DNA of 64,000 nt from Octopus sinensis (lineage: Eukaryota), in contig NC_043003.1 in assembly GCF_006345805.1 (NCBI RefSeq), positions 12,586,001 through 12,650,000 on the forward strand. Reading direction: 5' to 3'. Every line of letters begins with the position of its first letter. The first letter of the stretch is position 1. The notes beneath the pieces are model-generated. The model was not told the origin of the DNA. It made no database searches and was given only the letters and a program-made list of their open reading frames with translations. Positions 1-13,710 of this stretch are shown piece by piece. The position numbers were made by a program, and so were the translations under genes.

Positions 1-416
1 TGGTACATCTGTGCCATCAATGGTCAGTACACATCACTGATGAAGTGGCATTAACATCTTACCTTCTTTCATATGTGGTGAGTCTTCACTTACCATCTGT
101 TGTCGCAAAGTTACCACTACATCCACATGGCTGTAACTGACCATCAGACATTATACTCTCTCTCTCTCATACATAAGCCATTTCTCACCACCCCAAATAC
201 TACACTGACCAAGTGACATTGTTATCTGCCTGCTTTAACACAAGGAGTGCTTCCATCCATTATCTGCTTGTGTTGAGTTATCACTACATCAATGTGACCT
301 GAACTGACCAAAGCTGGTTAAGTCCTCTCTCTAATAAAGAAGTTCTTTTGGTTTTCTTCAATTTGCTTTTGAATGTCTGAGGAGATGGGTGTGCTTCCAC
401 ATCCATGAAACTTTAA

Positions 417-637
417 CCCTTTAGTATTCACGTTATTCTGTCAAAAGTAATACTTATTTATTCACATTGTTTTAAATTAATCCTGCATTATCTTGTAGCT
501 TTGAGATTTTGATGAAGTAACTATTCATATTTAGAATTATATAGTAGGGCTGGTGTGAGAGGCCAGATCTGGCCAATTTGAACATAAAACAAGGGAGAAT
601 ATTTTGGCCAGATATGGCCGGTTTAAATGCTGAAGGG
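417..637. mobile_element. piggyBac-like MITE, family P1
   Basis: TTAA|CCCTTTAG...CTGAAGGG|TTAA. Related copies at 4496-4669, about 16862-17015 (partial) and 35151-35370. Confidence 0.8.
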
Positions 638-1886
638 TTAAATCAATCAGTTACTCAGTAAATATAATTCTAACTATATACGTTGATTACTACTTCTCTT
701 CGTTTGTTCACTTGTAAGTAAATGTTTGGAAGGTTCGTTAAAAGTAGTTGATAATTAACAATGATGATGGGTGTACCAAAAACATAATAGCCTGAGTAAA
801 AATAGGGTAGGTAATGTTCAGGGAGCTGTTATTTCTGTACTGACAAAAGATTTCCATTTTCATGGTAAAAGGCAGATTGTATAATGCTTGTGTATGGTGG
901 TGGTGTTGCATGAGTGAAGCATGGGTCTTTAATGAAGCAAACATGCTTCACAGAAGACATAATGTTAGTATACATGAAGAAATTTGCATGAATGGGTTAG
1001 AAAAAAAAACTAGAGATACGAGGTGTTAAATTAAGTATACAAGAGAGAAAACTTTTATGGGCATATAATACACGTGAAGGATGACAGGTGTAAAGAAGTG
1101 TGCAGCACTCCAGGCAGATTGAACCTGTGGAAAAGAGACACTCAGGAAGGCATTGACAAAATGATGAAGACGTTACTTTCCTCTGTAACACATTATATAA
1201 AAATTACTTACATTTAATGTTTAGAACATTTTTATTTCTTTGCACTGAAGGTTTATACAGATCTTCTACATACCACCAAACTTAGTGATATAACCCATTA
1301 TTGAAGGCAAAAACTTACAGATTTATCTCTTATAGATATATATCACCAGTTATAGAAATTCTGTAAAAGTAAATATATTTCTCATATTTCAGCGTTTTTT
1401 CTGGGGAATTCAGGTAAATTGTAACATCTTCAAAGAAAGCTTCTCTGTTGTCGTTTTTTTTTTATTTATTGTTGCTTTATTTATGTTATGGTTATTTCTT
1501 ATATTTTCATTATTATTATTATTATCATTAATATTATTTCTCTTGATGTTGTTACTGATATATTCTTAGTTCATACAAAAACACATTTATACACACATAC
1601 ATATCTACAAAAATATATTTCTATAGGTAAATAGCTATTTACATACATACATGGACACATGCACATTTATGAATACGGCAAAGAAGTGATAATCCCAGGT
1701 TGAAGTAAGCCTTATGAACTGGTTTCAATCTCAGGATGTAGTTACTTAACTTCTTAGAATTAATGAAAAGTGAAATAGCTACAGCTAGAAATTCTTCTTT
1801 GACATAGAATTTCCCTTTCTCTACGAATTTGAAGATTTTTAATTACAAAAGAAAATCCTTATTACAGCTATCTTCATTTATCATGA

Positions 1887-2217
1887 ATCATCATCATCAT
1901 CATCATCGTTTAACGTCCGCTTTCCATGCTAGCATGGGTTGGACAGTTCAACTGGGGTCTGGGAAGCCCGAAGGCTGCAGTGTTTCTACAGCTGGATGCC
2001 CTTCCTAACGCCAACCACTCCGTGAGTGTAGTGGGTGCTTTTTATGTGCCACCGACACAGGTGCCAGATGAGGCTGGCGAACGGCCACGCTCGGATGGTG
2101 CTTTTTACGTGTCACCGGCACGGAGGCCAGGCGAGGCTGGCACGGCCATGATCGGATGGTGTTTGTTACGTGCCACCAGCACAGAGGCCAGTCGATGCGG
2201 TGCTGGCTACGAATGTT
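1887..2217 (-). mobile_element. Family C SINE-like retroelement with (GAT)n tail
   Basis: GTTAGGAAGGGCATCCAGC core and CCATGCTAGCATGG palindrome. Other copies at 3818, 6553, 11655, 29165, 32738, 42389, 48449, 49863, 53500 and 59493. Confidence 0.8.
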
Positions 2218-4495
2218 TGGTTTAAAAAAAAAAACTGTGAAATGAATCAGTGATAAGTGAACAGTAAAACATGTTAAGGGTGGGGAGGGTAGATTTCATT
2301 CTGAGATCTCAAGATGTCCTGGGTGTTGTAGATGGTTGCTGAGAAGTTTTTGTTGTCCAAGCAGAATCTCTGATCACTGACCTGTATCATCAGACAACAA
2401 TTTGTGATAAGCTCAGGATGGTCCACAATTAGCTTATTCTAGTACAGTGATAAATGAGGATAAATATAGATAAAAATAGTATGTTGTTTACTGGGGTAGG
2501 AGTGAAGTTCTTAGAATTTACTTATCTTATCAATGTCTTTGAAGAAGAAGGCATCCACATAATATTCTATTTTCAATCCTTTACATTTTGATATTTCATA
2601 CTTGTGCAAAAATATTATCATAATCTTTCTTGTCGTTATTACTGCAATTTTTATTAGCGTTGTCATTTTATAATTTCTGTTTATGTATGCTTATGTTTCT
2701 GCTTTCAATTTTCTCTACTGTTCCCCCCACCCCCACTGCCTCCTCCAACAAATATTCTAGAACATTACTTTGTTCTGATATCTTTTCAAGTAGCTCTAAA
2801 ACTATCTGAGATCTCTGTGAATTTTGTTTATATCAAAAGAACCAGTCTGTCAGTATTTCTTTTACATGTCTGTGTCCCTCTCTATATGTCTCTGTTTATT
2901 TTTAATTAAAGATATATATATATATATATAATGAATTCAAAGACCACAATATATATATCCAAACTATATCCAGCTAATAGGCTTCCTTGGTTCCTACATT
3001 TAATTCCTATTTGTGTATTCATAGTTTTTCATCTACTAAAATACATTTGATATTTACGTCAATTTGACTAAAAAATGGCAACTGTTTGACGTGATTATTG
3101 TACATGTGCTTTGACATTCAACATAAATTTTTTGACAAATTTGTGTCGAATATCAAAACATAATTCCATCAGCAATGTTTTCTAACCAACAGTAGCTATT
3201 TTTTTAGCCAAATTGACCAGTCAGGCAGATTTACTTATACTCTGAGACTAGAAGTGCGATGCTCTCAGTAGCTCAGCATTTTAATATTCTTTCTTACTCA
3301 TTTCATGATCCCACATGACTATTCATATATACCTCATTTCTCTAATGAATGTTTTTTTCCAACATGTTCTATTAACAAATTATCTAAAACTTGATTACTG
3401 CAGTCAGACTGGAAAGCTCTGATACTAAGATTTCTGGTTTTGCTATTTTAATGACGATAAGGCAGCAAGCTCACAGAATTGTTAGTACATCAAACAAAAT
3501 ACTTAAAGGTATTTCTTCCGGGTCTATACTTTCTGAGTTCAAATTCTGCCAGAGCCAACTTCACCTGCCATCACTTCAGGGTTGATAAAATAAATATCAG
3601 TTGAGCACTCCTTTCTCTGAAATTGCTAGCTTTGTGCTAACATTTGAGACAGTTGTTTTAATGAAAATAAAGAAATTAAATTTTAAAACTTCGAATTACT
3701 TTTTCCTGTTTATGTCTACCGTCCTGAAATGTTACATCTTAACTGCAATGAAACCTAGACTTATCACATGAACTTTTAAGATCGAAATATCTATGGTTGA
3801 TATTTGATCATGCATTTCATCATCATCATTGTTTAACGTCCGTTTTCCATGCTAGCATGGGTTGGACGGTTCGACCGGGGATCTGGGAAGCCAGGAGGCT
3901 GCACCAGGCTCCAGTCTGATCTGGTAGTGTTTCTTTAGCTGGATGCCCTACCTAACACCAACCACTCTGTGAGTATAGTGGGTGATTTTTACATGCCACC
4001 GGCACAGGTGCCAGGGGAGGCTGGCAGCCGCCACGATCGGTTGGTGCTTTTTATGTGCCACTGGCACAGGTATCACAACTACAATTTCCATTTGATTATA
4101 TTTAGATATATATATCATGGACTCTCCTGTTATTAGACCATATATGAGGGTTTAACAATTTCTTGCAAAACAACCTCACAGAGTATTTATTTATAGTGAT
4201 CAAATTTTTGTGCTCACATAAGCTCACTCACTCTATCAAATCGACATTACCTGTACAGGTGCACCGTGTGCCACATGTCAATTGATGATATGATTGCAGA
4301 ACAACCTGAAATGAAGTGCTTTACTCAAGAACAAAACACAATGCCCCATCTGGGAATCAAACCCATGGTCTTGCAATTATGACTGTAACACTGTAACCAC
4401 TAAGCTATGCACCTTCACACACATGCATGCACACACGTGTGTGTGTGTTTGTGTATAAAAAAACAGTCTTTGATTACAAATACATTGTGGATTAA

Positions 4496-4669
4496 CCCAT
4501 TAGCACTTAAACCAGCCAGATCTGTCCTCTCACACCTACCCTTGAATGTCATTCTAAAAATGGAATAACATCATTGAAATCTCAAAGCTTTGGGACAATA
4601 CATGATTAATCCAAAACAATGTGAAGAAACAAGCATTACATTTGCTAGAGTAGCATGGATGCTTAAGGA
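4496..4669. mobile_element. piggyBac-like MITE P1, reverse orientation, internally deleted
   Basis: TTAA-flanked, with reverse-complement similarity to 417-637. Confidence 0.65.
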
Positions 4670-7600
4670 TTAAAAGAAATTACCTCTTTCATTACTAATT
4701 ATTTATTGAAAGTTTAATTACTTATATATTGATATACTTCATTGACACCCACAAATATTAATAATCTTTTAGAATAAGGTGCAGGAGTGGCTGTGTGGTA
4801 AGTAGCTTGCTTACCAACCACATGGCTCCGGGTTCAGTCCCACTGCATGGAATCTTGGGCAAGTGTCTTCTACTATAGCCTCAGGCCGACAAAAGCCCGA
4901 GCAATATTATTCAACGGCAGTGCATCAGCATGGCCGCAGCTCTGAGCCGAAACTAAAAAAAAAACCCACAAATATTAATTTTTTAACATACCAGTGTAAT
5001 TAATGCTTGTTCCTCCATCGTGGATTGATTAAATTGCATTTATACACTTCTCATTCTTCATCTTGTCATTTCCCATGTTAAGATTACCAGATAAATATGA
5101 CCATATGATGTGTCTGGAATTCATTTATAATTACATTTCATGTTTTGTCTAATTTTTCTCCGGTTCTATGAACTTATAATGGTTATGTTGTATCTCACAA
5201 GGGTCATTATGCCCATAGTAACACACACACTGGTTCTATTTCCCTTCTTTATCTTTATTTGTCAATCGCTTAACCATTTAACCAATTAATTTATTGGTTG
5301 ATTAATTAATTAATCATTTGATCATTCAATCAAACAGTTGAGCTTGTCAAAATCCTTTTGTTGCTATTCATGAATCCATCAATGACATACCCTCTCTACT
5401 CCAAGTCTGCTTCAGGTCATTTTTTTTTTGTTTGTCTCCAAGATTACAAATTCTATATTTATATTAATATGGATGTGACTGAGAATTACCATGATGGTTT
5501 GTTTCTTAGTTGCTTTCAAACCATTCTTACCACCAAAATTTCTTCTCATTGTAACAAAATAGTAACAACAGCAACATAAAGGTATTTGGATGAATTCTGT
5601 AAGCAACATTTACTATTGTGAATATACAAATGGAGGCCAAATGTCTGGCAACATTCTTTCAGTTATTTTTTTTTTCCATGTTTTCCTCTCATTTTGTGCG
5701 TCTTCAAATGCCATCTGCATGTTTTCTACCTATTGTAATTCTTTGAATATTGTAAATAATGTCTTTTTTTATATATTTTTTTTTTATCTTGGCTTTAACT
5801 TCATCATAGAGTTGTAGGATTGCTTTTAAAATTTATTTCTTTTTCCTATGTACCAGTATTATCCCTTGCATGTACATGGCTTTCATTGTATTACTGATTT
5901 TTAAAATTATTATTATTATGCTGGATAAAAAATGCTTAGCGATATTTCGCCCATCGCTCCGTTCTGAGTGCAAATTCTGCTGAGGTCGACTTTGCCTTTC
6001 ATCCTTCCAGGGTCGATAAAATAAGTACCAGTTGAACACTGGGGTCGATATAATCAACTCATTCCCCCCACCCCACCTCAGACTTGCTGCCCTTGTGGCA
6101 AAATTTGAAACTATTATCATTATTATTATTATTATTATTGTTAGATATTTCTTTTTCGTTTTATCATTCAATTTACCTGTTGAATTAATAGTTAATCTTT
6201 AAAAAGAAATGTTTCTAGTATTATCTAAGCAGATCAAAACCTAATTCTTGAGTAATATCTGTACTGGGTCTTTGTGCTGTGAGCACAATCCTTTACATTC
6301 AGATTCATAAAAAGCAATTTCAGTGTCGTACTTGTCAAGCAGGTGACTTGATCTGAGACTATGTGTGGTAACTGAAGCAAATACATTGTGCAAGAGTCAT
6401 TCTACCATTTAATGACACACAAAGCTATTAAATTTCACTTTGAATTGAAATTTATTTTCATGAGTTGACAGAATTTTTGTCTCACAACTCTGACATGGCC
6501 ATTGATGCTTTTCAGGGATAATGTTGTAGTTGTGTGATAAAACTTTTGACACATCATCATCCATCATTTAATATGCATTTTCTATGCTGGCATGGGTTGG
6601 ATGCTTTTGACAGGATGAGGCAAGCTGCAGGACAGTGTCGAGGTCCAGTGTCAGCTTTGGCATGGTTTCTCTATAGCTGGATGCCCTTCTTAACACCAAC
6701 CACCTTACACTGTGTATTGTTTTTTTTGGTTTTGGTTTTTCTGTAACACTGACATAAATGAAGTCATCAAATAAGTAATGAGATGGGCGGGGCATGAAAA
6801 AAGACCCCTTGACAAAGTGGGAGATGCATTTGAGAGGGGAAGATGATTTTATGCAAGCAAGCTGTCTTGCTATAGAAGAGCTACCCAACATTATATGAGG
6901 ATGAGAGTAACTGAGAAGAAAATACAGATGGTAAGGATAGGATAAGTTTACCAGCTTTGTGTGTTATCAAATAGCTAGAATGGCTCTTCCCTGATTTAGT
7001 TGCTCATAAAATGTAGCTTGTGATTGATCTCTTGATTGTGTTTAATATAATTTAACTATATCCTTTTTGTTCACTTTTAAGAAGATATTTTACATAAAAA
7101 TAAATAAAACAAAAATTTTAATATAAAGCGAATTGATTTTCATGGTTCATATCCAAATAAAAGCTAAAACTTTTCACAAGTTTCATTATCAAATCATTGA
7201 TTTGAATCACTTTAAATATTAACAGATATCACAATTTTAGTTTATTTAATTAAATATACCACTCAATGCTTCTATAACGCTGTGAATGTTATGATGTATA
7301 TAACTTTGTTTATCACCAACATGGGGAAGTATTTACAAATTAAAACCCGTATGGCAACAAAAATGTTAAGCTTGACTGCTTTAACATATTTAGCATTATT
7401 TTATAGTAACATAATGCCCTTAAGTTAGATTAGTAATGATAGTACAATGGCTGTATTTGTAGCGTGGCTGGATATCTAAACATTTATAATTGGAAAAGGC
7501 ATATTTCTCTTTTTTACTTGCAAGAAGATAATTTACATAAAATTTAATAAAACCAAAATATTCCAAGGATCGACAAGTTGAAAGGAGCTAAGTCCAGTCA

Positions 7601-8239
7601 CTTAGAATAGCCATAGGTGAAACAAAATATATTTTGTTGGACCAAGAAATTATGAATTAAATGTTTTAAAATCAAAATATTAATATAAAGCAAATAGATT
7701 TTCCTAGTTTTAGCCTTTCACAGTAATAAGTGTTTTAATTAGGTCTGAGAAACATGATGGCTTTAATATGTAGTATTAAATTAATTTATATAAAAACTAT
7801 AATTGTAAATAATTTTAGGCAGTGGCAGCTTTTCAGAGATTATTATTATTATTATTATTTTAAATTTGTGACATTTGTTTGGTCTGTGAATTCTGTAAAA
7901 AAAAAAAAAAAACTAAAGTTTACTTGATACAATTTGAAAAATATTATTTGAATTATATCATTGTTTAACCATTTCTCCAGATATATCATGTCTTCATTGA
8001 GTTACATATCATACTGTGCCATATATTTTCGTGTTTGGTGTGAGACTTTCAAATCTGCCAGGGCCAGTTTTGTCTTTCAGCTCTTTAGAATTGATAAAAT
8101 ATCTACTGATAATTTGACTTTGTTGTGAATCAGTTAATTATAAACTTGGATTTTGTACCTAGTTAAAAAGCAAACAGTATTTTTGGTGTATTCCATATTT
8201 CCCTCTACTAATTCATATATATTTTCTTTTTTCATACAG

Positions 8240-8405
8240 ACACCGCCAATAACGAAGAAAAAAGATAACCCTTATGGATATGGTACGTTACCTAAAGAGC
8301 GTCATAAAGATGAAGAAAAGGGAAAGTTAAGAGTATTCCCTACCCTGGGCAAAACTTTATTGCGTATGAAAACGGGTAAAAGAAGCTGTTCAGCACCCAA
8401 TTTAG
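8240..8405 (+). CDS. PPFIBP1: Liprin-beta coding exon A (linker): TPPITKKKDNPYGYGTLPKERHKDEEKGKLRVFPTLGKTLLRMKTGKRSCSAPNL
   Basis: Pyrimidine tract plus ttcatacag acceptor; ends TTA G|gtgaaa (phase 1). KRSCSAPNL matches vertebrate liprin-beta KRTASAPNL. Confidence 0.85.
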
Positions 8406-11400
8406 GTGAAAAAGCCTCAAATCCTGCCTCTGCCTGCCCTTGGTTTGCCTAACTGCATCATGTGGCCATATTGGCAGTGCCATTTAAGTTTGCTGATGAT
8501 AACCGAGCATGCCTCAGTTTTATTTCTTAACATCCTTCCTAATTATTTGTTCCTTTTTACCATTTTCTTGGAAATGTGTATTTTTATCACAAAAAAAAAA
8601 ACAGCTCTGTGTGTACAAGGCTCTCTCTTCTACACTACAGAATTTCCACATAGATGTAGGGAAGGTATTTTATACATTATTTATTGAAGAGATTTTTTTT
8701 TTTTTTAATTGCATGATCTCAGCTGATTGGCACTATACCTGTTTCAGCACCAAACTGATTGACATAATACCTATTTCAGTTAAGATTAATGGAATAAAAA
8801 AGCAGCACACAAATATAGTAGGGATTTAGAAAGAATTTTTTTCCATCTTTTGGCAATCAATATTTTGATAAATGTGATTGTTGAAAAAAAGAACTGTTTT
8901 TACTCAGGTCTTAATGATGATGCATTCTTTCTTAACGATATAATCCATTTTTATAACTCTAACTTACACTCAAGTTATCCAAAAATGTAGGAACCTTGCT
9001 CTTTCGCAGCTTGGTGCAACATGTCATGTTGCAAGTTAAATGTAAAGTAATTAAGTAACTGGGTGTAATTTACTTATTTATTGAAATGAAGATGTAATTA
9101 ATAAGTCTTGCTATAATTAGCAACGAATGTATTTACAACTTCAATTATAGTACTTTGTTAATTTCAGTTTTTCTTTAATTAAATATTAGTAAAATTGTTC
9201 ACATATTTTTCAAATAACTTAGATGCTAATACATCAAGTAAAATCTCTCAATTATATACTCTTTAGCTAATTCAAATTACAGAGAAAAAACTAAAAACAA
9301 AAGAAAAATGTTTACTTTATAATTAACAAACGATGAGCTTTTTAATTATTTTAAAATTTAATTGATGTGAAAATATTTTACATATTAATAATTTGCTTTG
9401 TTCACGTTTACTGCTTTACATTACTCAAGTTTAATAATTTTACCCCCCGTAAAATGTTATAATCTCCAAAAATTGTCTGCATTTAAGGGTTTTAATTTAC
9501 CAGCGCAAGGAAAATATACGTAAATTCAATGTCTGTTATTCATTTGGCTATTGTAATACAATGATGCATCCAGAGAGGAAGAGCGATGCTAGTAGTTTAT
9601 TGGGATTCACTTGGGTCAGTAAAGTAGAGATGTTCTGTGATGAATATGGTTGATATTATAATGATAGTGTGGGAAGGTTTATAACTGGGGAGAATAGAGG
9701 AACAGGAAGTCTTTCCTATATGTTGAAGTATGGAAACTATATAGTTAGCACTTGAAACTTTTTTTTTTTTCTTGTTCACTATTCAACATATACATGAAAT
9801 TTAATTTATACTAAAGTGCAGACGAGTTTCATACATGTGTGGGAGAACAAAGAAAAATAGGTCAAAGAATGTTTTTTATTATGTATTTATTTATTTTTAC
9901 CGAGTTCCTCCCTTTGATTTCTTATTAGTATTCATAATCTTTTTTTTTTGTTTTGTTTCTTTTAAGTAATTATTGAAGAATACATCTGATATGTGAGTGT
10001 GTGTAGAAATAATATGGTTCTTAAAATGTATATATATAGATGACAAGTAACACCTATCCACTGACATCAATGATATTTCTTATTGAGATTAGTGAGCAAG
10101 AACAGCGAAAAAAAGAGAGAAAAAAAAAAGGCAGTGGTGGGAGGCTTCTAGCTCTGTAAGGGATGAAACTTGAGAATAGCTTGCTAAGTATATAAGTTAG
10201 AAAAAAACAACAACAAAAAAAAAGCTAAAAGCCAGTTCTGATCTAAAATATTAAATGCTCTAGAGAAGAACAAATGAGGTAAAAGTAAAAAGTATTGATA
10301 ATATAAATGAGAATGGTAATTGTTGATAGTAACTTTCTCGCTCAAAGGAAATGCTGTGAAGAGAACTCTCTGCTGATCGTCTATATTAGGTAACTGCCGA
10401 TTAATGTTTGTTCAAATTATAGATGAAGCCAAAATATCAGAAACTTATTAAACTGAGCCGTCTCAGTTTACACTGGGATATGACGGTGTAAATAGGAAGT
10501 CGTGTATGTTATCTGTGAATAGATATTACTAGAAACTGATCTAGATGCTGCTCCATATTAGGAATGTCTGCACTGCTACCCCAAATATAGATTGTATTTC
10601 AAGCTGTGCATAGTTCTGTCTTTGCTCTTAACTGTTGCTGGAGACGTGTTCCTGTTTCCTACTTGTCAAATCTCTTTTTAACAAGCTTCATATTCCTTCT
10701 GTGGAGAAAAGAGAACTTATTTTCACTGCCTGATACCAGTTTGGTGTCTGAGAAAAAAAAATTTAAGACTTTGTAATTGCTTATTAGAAGAAAATAAATT
10801 AACAAAGGTGCACAGAAAATATACATGATAGATTGATAAATGCTACTGACAATCAGTTCATCATCATCATCACCCTTTTTATATCCCATTTTTTCCATGC
10901 TTTCATGGGTCAAAGTTTATTGAGGCAAATTTTCTGTTACCAGATGCCCTTCTGGTGCCAAGCAAGATAATATTTCCCCAGGGTCGGACATGCTCATGCA
11001 GAATATTAGCTATGAATGACACTAAATATATGATAGTGACAATTATTTTACATCTGTGATCTGATGATGGGATAAGGACATGGACACACACACACAACAG
11101 ACTTCAAATTCATTCACAAGGTTTAAGTTTGCCTGAAGCTATAGTAGAAGGCACTTTGCCAAGGTTCAACATAGTGAGACTGAACCCAGAAATATTTGGT
11201 TAGGAAGCAAACTCCTTACCACACAGCCTGTCTATAAATCGAGTTTTAAAAGGTTCAAAGCCTTATTTCACTGCACATATTTTGTATAGTATACAGCTGT
11301 ATTACTTTTGATTGGCCTGTTGGGTACACACACACACACAAACTTCAAAAGACTATCAAATGTCCTCTTAATATCCCCTCCCTCTACACATGCCCCTCCC

Positions 11401-13171
11401 CTTCATCTACCGCTCTCTTTTTGCAGTCTTGTGAACCCACCCACCCATTCACTTTCTCCAGTTCCTGGTCTATTTCAGTATACACACCTCCCTGTAACTT
11501 GGGTAAACAACCTCTACTACCCATCTCATCTTCACCATCTTCTCTCCTTTCTTTCTCTCCCCCTCCTTTCTCTCACTCTCTCCTCACCTGAGCTTGCCAG
11601 GTTTCCCCTCTAACGCAAGGCTCCTTGCTTTCTGTCCCTCAATACTACCCACCTCAGTTAAGGGGCCTTGTCTTGCAAGTTGCTTGGTGACCTCACTGCA
11701 GTTGGTGCCATATAAAACGCACCCAATACACTCTGTAAAGTAGATGGCATTAGAAAGAGCATCCAGCTGTAGAAATTATACCAAAGCAGACAGCAGGGCT
11801 TGGTGCAGTTTTCTGACTTGCTAATTCCTGTCAAACCATCGAACCCATGCCATCATGGAAAACAGATGTGAAATGATGATGATGGTGATGGTGATCAATA
11901 AAAAAGACAGTCAAAAAGTGCAACCCTTGTGAAACAAACATTCTTTACCCACATTTTCCTCTCAGACACCAGTCTGCAGAAGTTCAAGCTAAAGGTCACT
12001 TATAAGGTGGGTGGATAGTAGGGGTAATATAGGAATGGATACTCCTTCTCTTATTCCAAATAGGTTTCCATCTGACCCATGCCAGCTTGGAAAATGGATG
12101 TTAAAATAATGATGATATGAATGAAAAACAATTTTGTTTTTAACCAATGGAATGTACATCATTTGTCTTCTTATTTTAAGGATTGAGATTCTGTACAGTT
12201 ACTTTTGGCCCTTGGTCAACTTTGACCAAAGGGATCTATGATCAAAGGTATTTCGGTCATGTGCATCTAATGTATTGTTTGGTAAGGGAATGATTTGAAG
12301 GAGAGTTAGCTGCTATTTATGGCAAGTCAAGCAACCACATAGCGGCTTCCTTGTTGATTCAACAAAGATATGTGGGAGGAGTTGGTGGTGTTCCAGAAGG
12401 GTCTAGTTTTGGAGAAGTCTGGTACAATGGGAATAGTGATAAGAGGAGTGGAAGGTGGTGGTGGGGTAGATGTTGATGAACAAGAAGCAGTTATTCATTA
12501 AAATTAGGGAACTCACTAACAAAAAGATTTGAATCTGATTGGTTTGCATGTTTTTGAGCTAAACTTAGTAAGCGCTATATATATATATTTTTCTATGCTT
12601 AACTAATAATTGTGCAAAGGCTGAGCATATAAAAAAAAAAAGAAAATGTTTCTGTTAATTAGGATTAATCTGAGATTTTGTTCTCATTCATTGTTTAAAT
12701 TTTTTTTTTTTTTTTAAAAAGAGGGAAATGTTGCTTAATTGCAATGTTATAAAATAATGGCATGTAATTTAATTTCAAATTTTGATAACAATGCTACATA
12801 CAGTAATAGAAGTTATAATAATAATAATAATAATAATGATCTGCATGAGATATACTGCTTCAGTTTTTATAATTAGCGCAAAGCAAGATAATACTTAAAA
12901 TCTGTGTGTGTGTGTTATTTAATAAATACAATGTATGTTTATATGTGCTAATATTAGTTTCATGTACTGAGAACATGCCAGACAGTGTTTTTAACACATC
13001 TGATGTCCCAGCACAATCATCAGACATTGCCCATACGTTTTGCCATGTGTGTTTATTAAATGTTAATATTTAATAATAAACACAATATTTGTCATATTGT
13101 GTTTATTAAATAATATTTATCTCTCACCAGATGGAATACTTTTTCATTGATCTTACCATCACAGAACAGTA

Positions 13172-13207
<36 letters not shown>

Positions 13208-13344
13208 GCACAAAACAGCATATCAGAATCATGAGCTAAGGAATTATTTTCTGTGAAGTTCATAGCAATCATAGTCTACAACCAGGCTATACCATAAATT
13301 GATACCATATGCATGCGTACTATACATTGTGTGTGTGTGCATGC

Positions 13345-13710
13345 ATTTTACTCTTTTACTTGTTTCAGTCATGTGACTTTGGCCATACTGGAGCACTTCC
13401 TTTAGTCGAACAAATCGGCCCCAGGACTTATTCTTTGTAAGCCTAGTACTTATTCTGTCAGTTACTTTTGCCAAACTGCTAAGTTATGGGGATGTAAACA
13501 CACACACACATACGCACATGTATATATATATATATATATACATACGACGGGCTTCTTTCAGTTTCCATCTACCAAATCCACTTACAAGACTTTGGTCGGC
13601 CCGAGGTTATAGTAGAAGATACTTGCCCAGGGTGCCACACAGTGGGACTGAACCCGGAACCATGTGGTTGGTAAGCAAGCTACTTACCACACAGCCATTA
13701 CTACACCTAC
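13345..13710 (-). mobile_element. Family B tRNA-derived SINE (head GGAGTGGCTGTGTGGTAAG, internal TA/TG microsatellite)
   Basis: Multi-copy in this window: 4778-4950, 15025-15365, 33800-34375, 34497-34865, 40815-41225, 43685-44035 and 62729-63110. Confidence 0.8.

Noticed and set aside
8492-8520. C/D snoRNA-like TGATGA box in intron A
   Set aside because: There is no suitably placed CTGA D box with a terminal stem.
9574-9614. Exon-like segment ERKSDASSLLGFTW resembling the vertebrate DRKRSASAPTL cassette
   Set aside because: It is 41 nt to the gtcagt donor, which breaks phase with exon B, and it has no pyrimidine tract.
11370-11650. 101-aa Pro/Leu/Ser-rich ORF
   Set aside because: It is a pyrimidine-rich low-complexity tract leading into a family C repeat, with no splice or homology support.
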